A stretch of 64,000 nucleotides of DNA, from NCBI GenBank assembly GCA_032718475.1, contig JAUCBJ010001237.1, forward strand, positions 50,496 through 114,495. Reading direction: 5' to 3'. The stretch is from Nemertoderma westbladi. Its lineage: Eukaryota > Animalia > Xenacoelomorpha. Position 1 is the stretch's first letter, and every line of letters begins with the position of its first letter. The translations under genes were made by a program, and so were the position numbers. Below, in pieces: positions 60,906-64,000 of this stretch. The notes below the pieces were generated by a model. It did no database searches and was not told where the DNA came from. It saw only the letters and a list, made by a program, of their open reading frames with translations.

Positions 60906-62343
60906 TACTGTAGGTCCTTTAGCTTTTTTATATTTTGCTTAAAACGAATACTAAGACCAAAACAGATCTTAATATTCGTATTACGAACTTTAAGACCAAA
61001 TAAAAGGTCTTAAACTTCGTATTATGAACTTTAAGACCAAATAAAAGGTCTTAAACTTCGTATTACGAACTTTAGGACCAAATAAAAGTTCTTAAACTTC
61101 GTATTGCGAACTTTAGGACCAAATAAAAGTTCTTAAAACTTCGTATTACGAACTTTAAGACCAAATAAAAGTTCTTAAACTTCGTATTACGAACTTTAAG
61201 ACCAAATGAAAGGTCTTAAACTTCGTATTACGAACTTTAAGACCAAATAAATGTTCTTAAACTTCGTATTACGAACTTTAAGACCAAATAAAAGGTCTTA
61301 AACTTAGTATTACGAACTTTAAGACCAAATAAAAGTTATAAAACTTCGTATTACGAACTTTAGGACCAAATAAAAGTTCTTAAACTTCGTATTACGAACT
61401 TTAGGACCAAATAAAAGTTCTTAAACTTCGTATTACGAACTTTAGGACCAAATAAAAGTTCTTAAACTTCGTATAACGAACTTTAGAACCAAATAAAATT
61501 TCTTAAACTTCGTATAACGAACTTTAGGACCAAATAAAAGTTCTTAAACTTCGTATAACGAACTTTAGGACCAAATAAAAGGTCTTAATCTTCGTATTAC
61601 AGTACGAACTTTAAGACCAAATAAAAGATCTTAAACTTCGTATTATGAACTTTAAAACCAAATAAAAGGTCTTAAACTTCGTATTTACGAACTTTAGGAC
61701 CAAATAAAAGTTCTTAAACTTCGTATTACGAACTTTAGGACCAAATATAAGTTCTTAAAATTCGTATTACGAACTTTAGGACCAAATAAAAGTTCTTAAA
61801 CTTCATATTACGAACTTTAGGACCAAATAAAAGTTCTTAAACTTCGTATTACGAACTTTAGGTCCAAATAAAAGTTCTTAAACTTCGTATTACGAACTTT
61901 AGGACCAAATAAAAGTTCTTAAACTTCGTATTACGAACTACTTTAGGGCCAAATAAAAGTTCTTAAACTTCGTATTACGAACTTTAGGACCAAATAAAAG
62001 TTCTTAAACTTCGTATTATGAACTTTAGGACCAAATAAAAGTTGTTAAACTTCGTATTACGACCTTTAGGACCAAATAAAAGTTGTTAAACTTCGTATTA
62101 CGAACTTTAGGACCAAATAAAAGTTCTTAAACTTCGTATAACGAACTTTAGAACCAAATAAAAGTTCTTAAACTTCGTATAACGAACTTTAGGACCAAAT
62201 AAATGTTCATAAACTTCGTATTACGAACTTTAAGACCAAATAAAAGGTCTTAAACTTCGTATTACGAAGTTTAAGACCATTTTTGGTCTTAATATTCGTG
62301 TTAAGCAAAATAGAAAAAATATTGCCTAAGTGGCCCTTCAGTG
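60906..62343. mobile_element. Element with imperfect ~55-bp TIRs filled by a 41-bp satellite (about 32 copies)
   Basis: TATTTTGCTTAAAACGAATACTAAGACCAAAA versus TTTTGGTCTTAATATTCGTGTTAAGCAAAATA; unit AAACTTCGTATTACGAACTTTAGGACCAAATAAAAGTTCTT. Confidence 0.75.
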
Positions 62344-62414
62344 CCACCATATATATAGCTGACTGGTTTTCTATTCTACAATATCTCGCATTCGTACTGT
62401 ACTGTCCGGGACGG

Positions 62415-62534
62415 ATGTCCATACAGTATCACGGCCCTATTATCTGGAACGAGATACCCAGTATCATACTGTCCACACAACAATTTTCGACCTTTTCCAA
62501 AAACTTTAAGGCACATCTTCTCAGCGATAATTAA
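62415..62534 (+). mobile_element. Extreme 3' fragment of a CR1/L2-type LINE
   Basis: SIQYHGPIIWNEIP....FSKNFKAHLL. Confidence 0.65.
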
Positions 62535-63721
62535 TTTTCTTTTTTTTGTATTTCTGGATTTTTAAATTTCTTTTCCGATAGCTATTCTATGGCATTTCAT
62601 CTAGTCAGATGATTTTCGCGATTGTCATTATAATTATTTCTCATTATTATAATTAAACAACATTATAACAATGTTACAAAATGTCTAATGCTTCTCTAAT
62701 ATCACAATCGGCAAATGCTGTGATATCGTTATCATCAGTATTATCAGTGACATCAGCATTATCAATTCCTACTAGCTGCTCGAGTTCTTCTACAGTAGAT
62801 CTACCGCATAGTATAATATAGATAAATAATTATTATTCCTCTTCCATGATTCAAAATAGTATAGAGTTTCAAAACTAAGTAACTTCACAACACTAGAAAA
62901 AACAGATAATATAAGAATATTGATCTACGTTTAAGAAAACCGGGCTGTGCTTTAGTAATTAGATTCCGATCTTACATGATCTATTGATATTGTAATTCCA
63001 TTCCACTGTTTACTATTTCATGATCTACAGTATAATAATATTGCAAACAGCGTTCAATAATGACAGCCAGATAAATTCATCATTATACCCCCTAATTACT
63101 TTTATACGATATGAGCTGGAATTCGAACGGTGAATAGCTACATACCTGGAACCACAACACGAGTGGGGCCTTCGTGTAGCAAAAAGCTTCAAGCTATCTT
63201 AGCGAACAATAAATTCTAATTATACTGTGGCTAGTTACATACTGTATTGCTACTTACTTGTAATCATTAAATGCCAGACTGTTAGCATGGTGCTTGATCA
63301 TTTGATAATGTAAGTTAGGGGCTCAGGTCGTTGTGGAAAGTTGGTTAACAGACAACTTTATATCGGTGGAAAATTTTTACAACCAAATGACAGATCGTTG
63401 GTGGGTGTCCGTGAGCAGACACCGATTGACCTTTGCTTGATAGAAGCCGGTCTACCATCTTTGATAACGCGGATACTTAAAATGAGAGCAGGATTTCGTA
63501 ATCGCACCTTTGTGTACAACGCACCTTTGTGTACAACGCACCTTTGCGAGGTACATGAACACCTGGCTATAGATACTGTACCTTTGTGACGCTGGGGGGG
63601 TTGGTTCCAGACAACTTTAATTATTCGGGATATTTTAAAACGTGTATTGGATAAACCAAACTCTGCCACAAAATTCCACACATACCGAAATATTATAAAT
63701 CCAGAATTGAAGTGCCACCAA

Positions 63722-64000
63722 ATGTGGGGCGAGCCACGAAGTGAGTGAGCCTTAGCGTAGTGGTACCATTAATCAACCTGTGGGGCGAGCCACGAAGTGA
63801 GTGAGCCTTAGCGTAGTGGTACCATTAATCAACCTGTCGTTCTGTCGTTCTGTCGCGTTTTTTTTCAGTATTTTATTTTAAACGTTAATAACTCGGCCAA
63901 TCCTTGATGAAATCTATCCAAACTTGGTACACATGTTGTTTGGCAAAAGTTTGAAAATTTTCCAAGTAGAATTTGCGTGGGGCCTTCGTGCAGCATCAGT
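63722..64000 (+). mobile_element. Helentron/DINE-1-like repeat with duplicated head
   Basis: GTGGGGCGAGCCACGAAG head repeated at 63724 and 63780, (CTGTCGTT)n tract; related to 42881. Confidence 0.55.

Noticed and set aside
60955-62290. Resemblance of AACTTCGTAT-TACGAA to loxP arms, or of the array to CRISPR
   Set aside because: No 8-bp spacer or full 13-bp arms, no unique spacers, no recombinase or cas genes; ordinary tandem repeat
62670-62848. Acidic coding-like stretch on the minus strand (EELEQLVGIDNAD...)
   Set aside because: Short, interrupted by stops, no splice or family evidence
63341-63681. ORFs on both strands with a weak CGK...YIG (GIY-YIG-like) hint
   Set aside because: Motif incomplete and no supporting RT; cannot be supported

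Overview
AT-rich, repeat-dense eukaryotic (animal, probably invertebrate) genomic window with no prokaryotic features. It holds three intact single-exon host ORFs: OTUD6B-like deubiquitinase (12087-12929, -), a GPI-anchored Ly6/uPAR-like protein (46471-47139, +) and a 537-aa protein with what look like two tandem CARD-like domains but no helicase (48535-50148, -). There is also one candidate internal exon with a CUB-like start (1671-1787, -). Mobile DNA dominates. It includes a CR1-type LINE carrying nested RTE, SINE and DNA-transposon insertions (4.1-10.3 kb), two very GC-rich CsRn1-like Gypsy elements with identical short LTRs (36187-40504 defective, 55233-59531 apparently intact), MITEs, Helentron/DINE-like repeats and several minisatellites. 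The most unusual structure is a 13-kb Bel/Pao element with no paired LTRs, a decayed extra ORF in the env position, and a 2.6-kb near-identical duplication of host-like sequence where LTRs should be (15090-17674 / 30687-33277). A repeat carrying eight co-oriented CTCF-like motifs (43.1-44.2 kb) also stands out. All family assignments are by-eye motif recognition; no searches were run.
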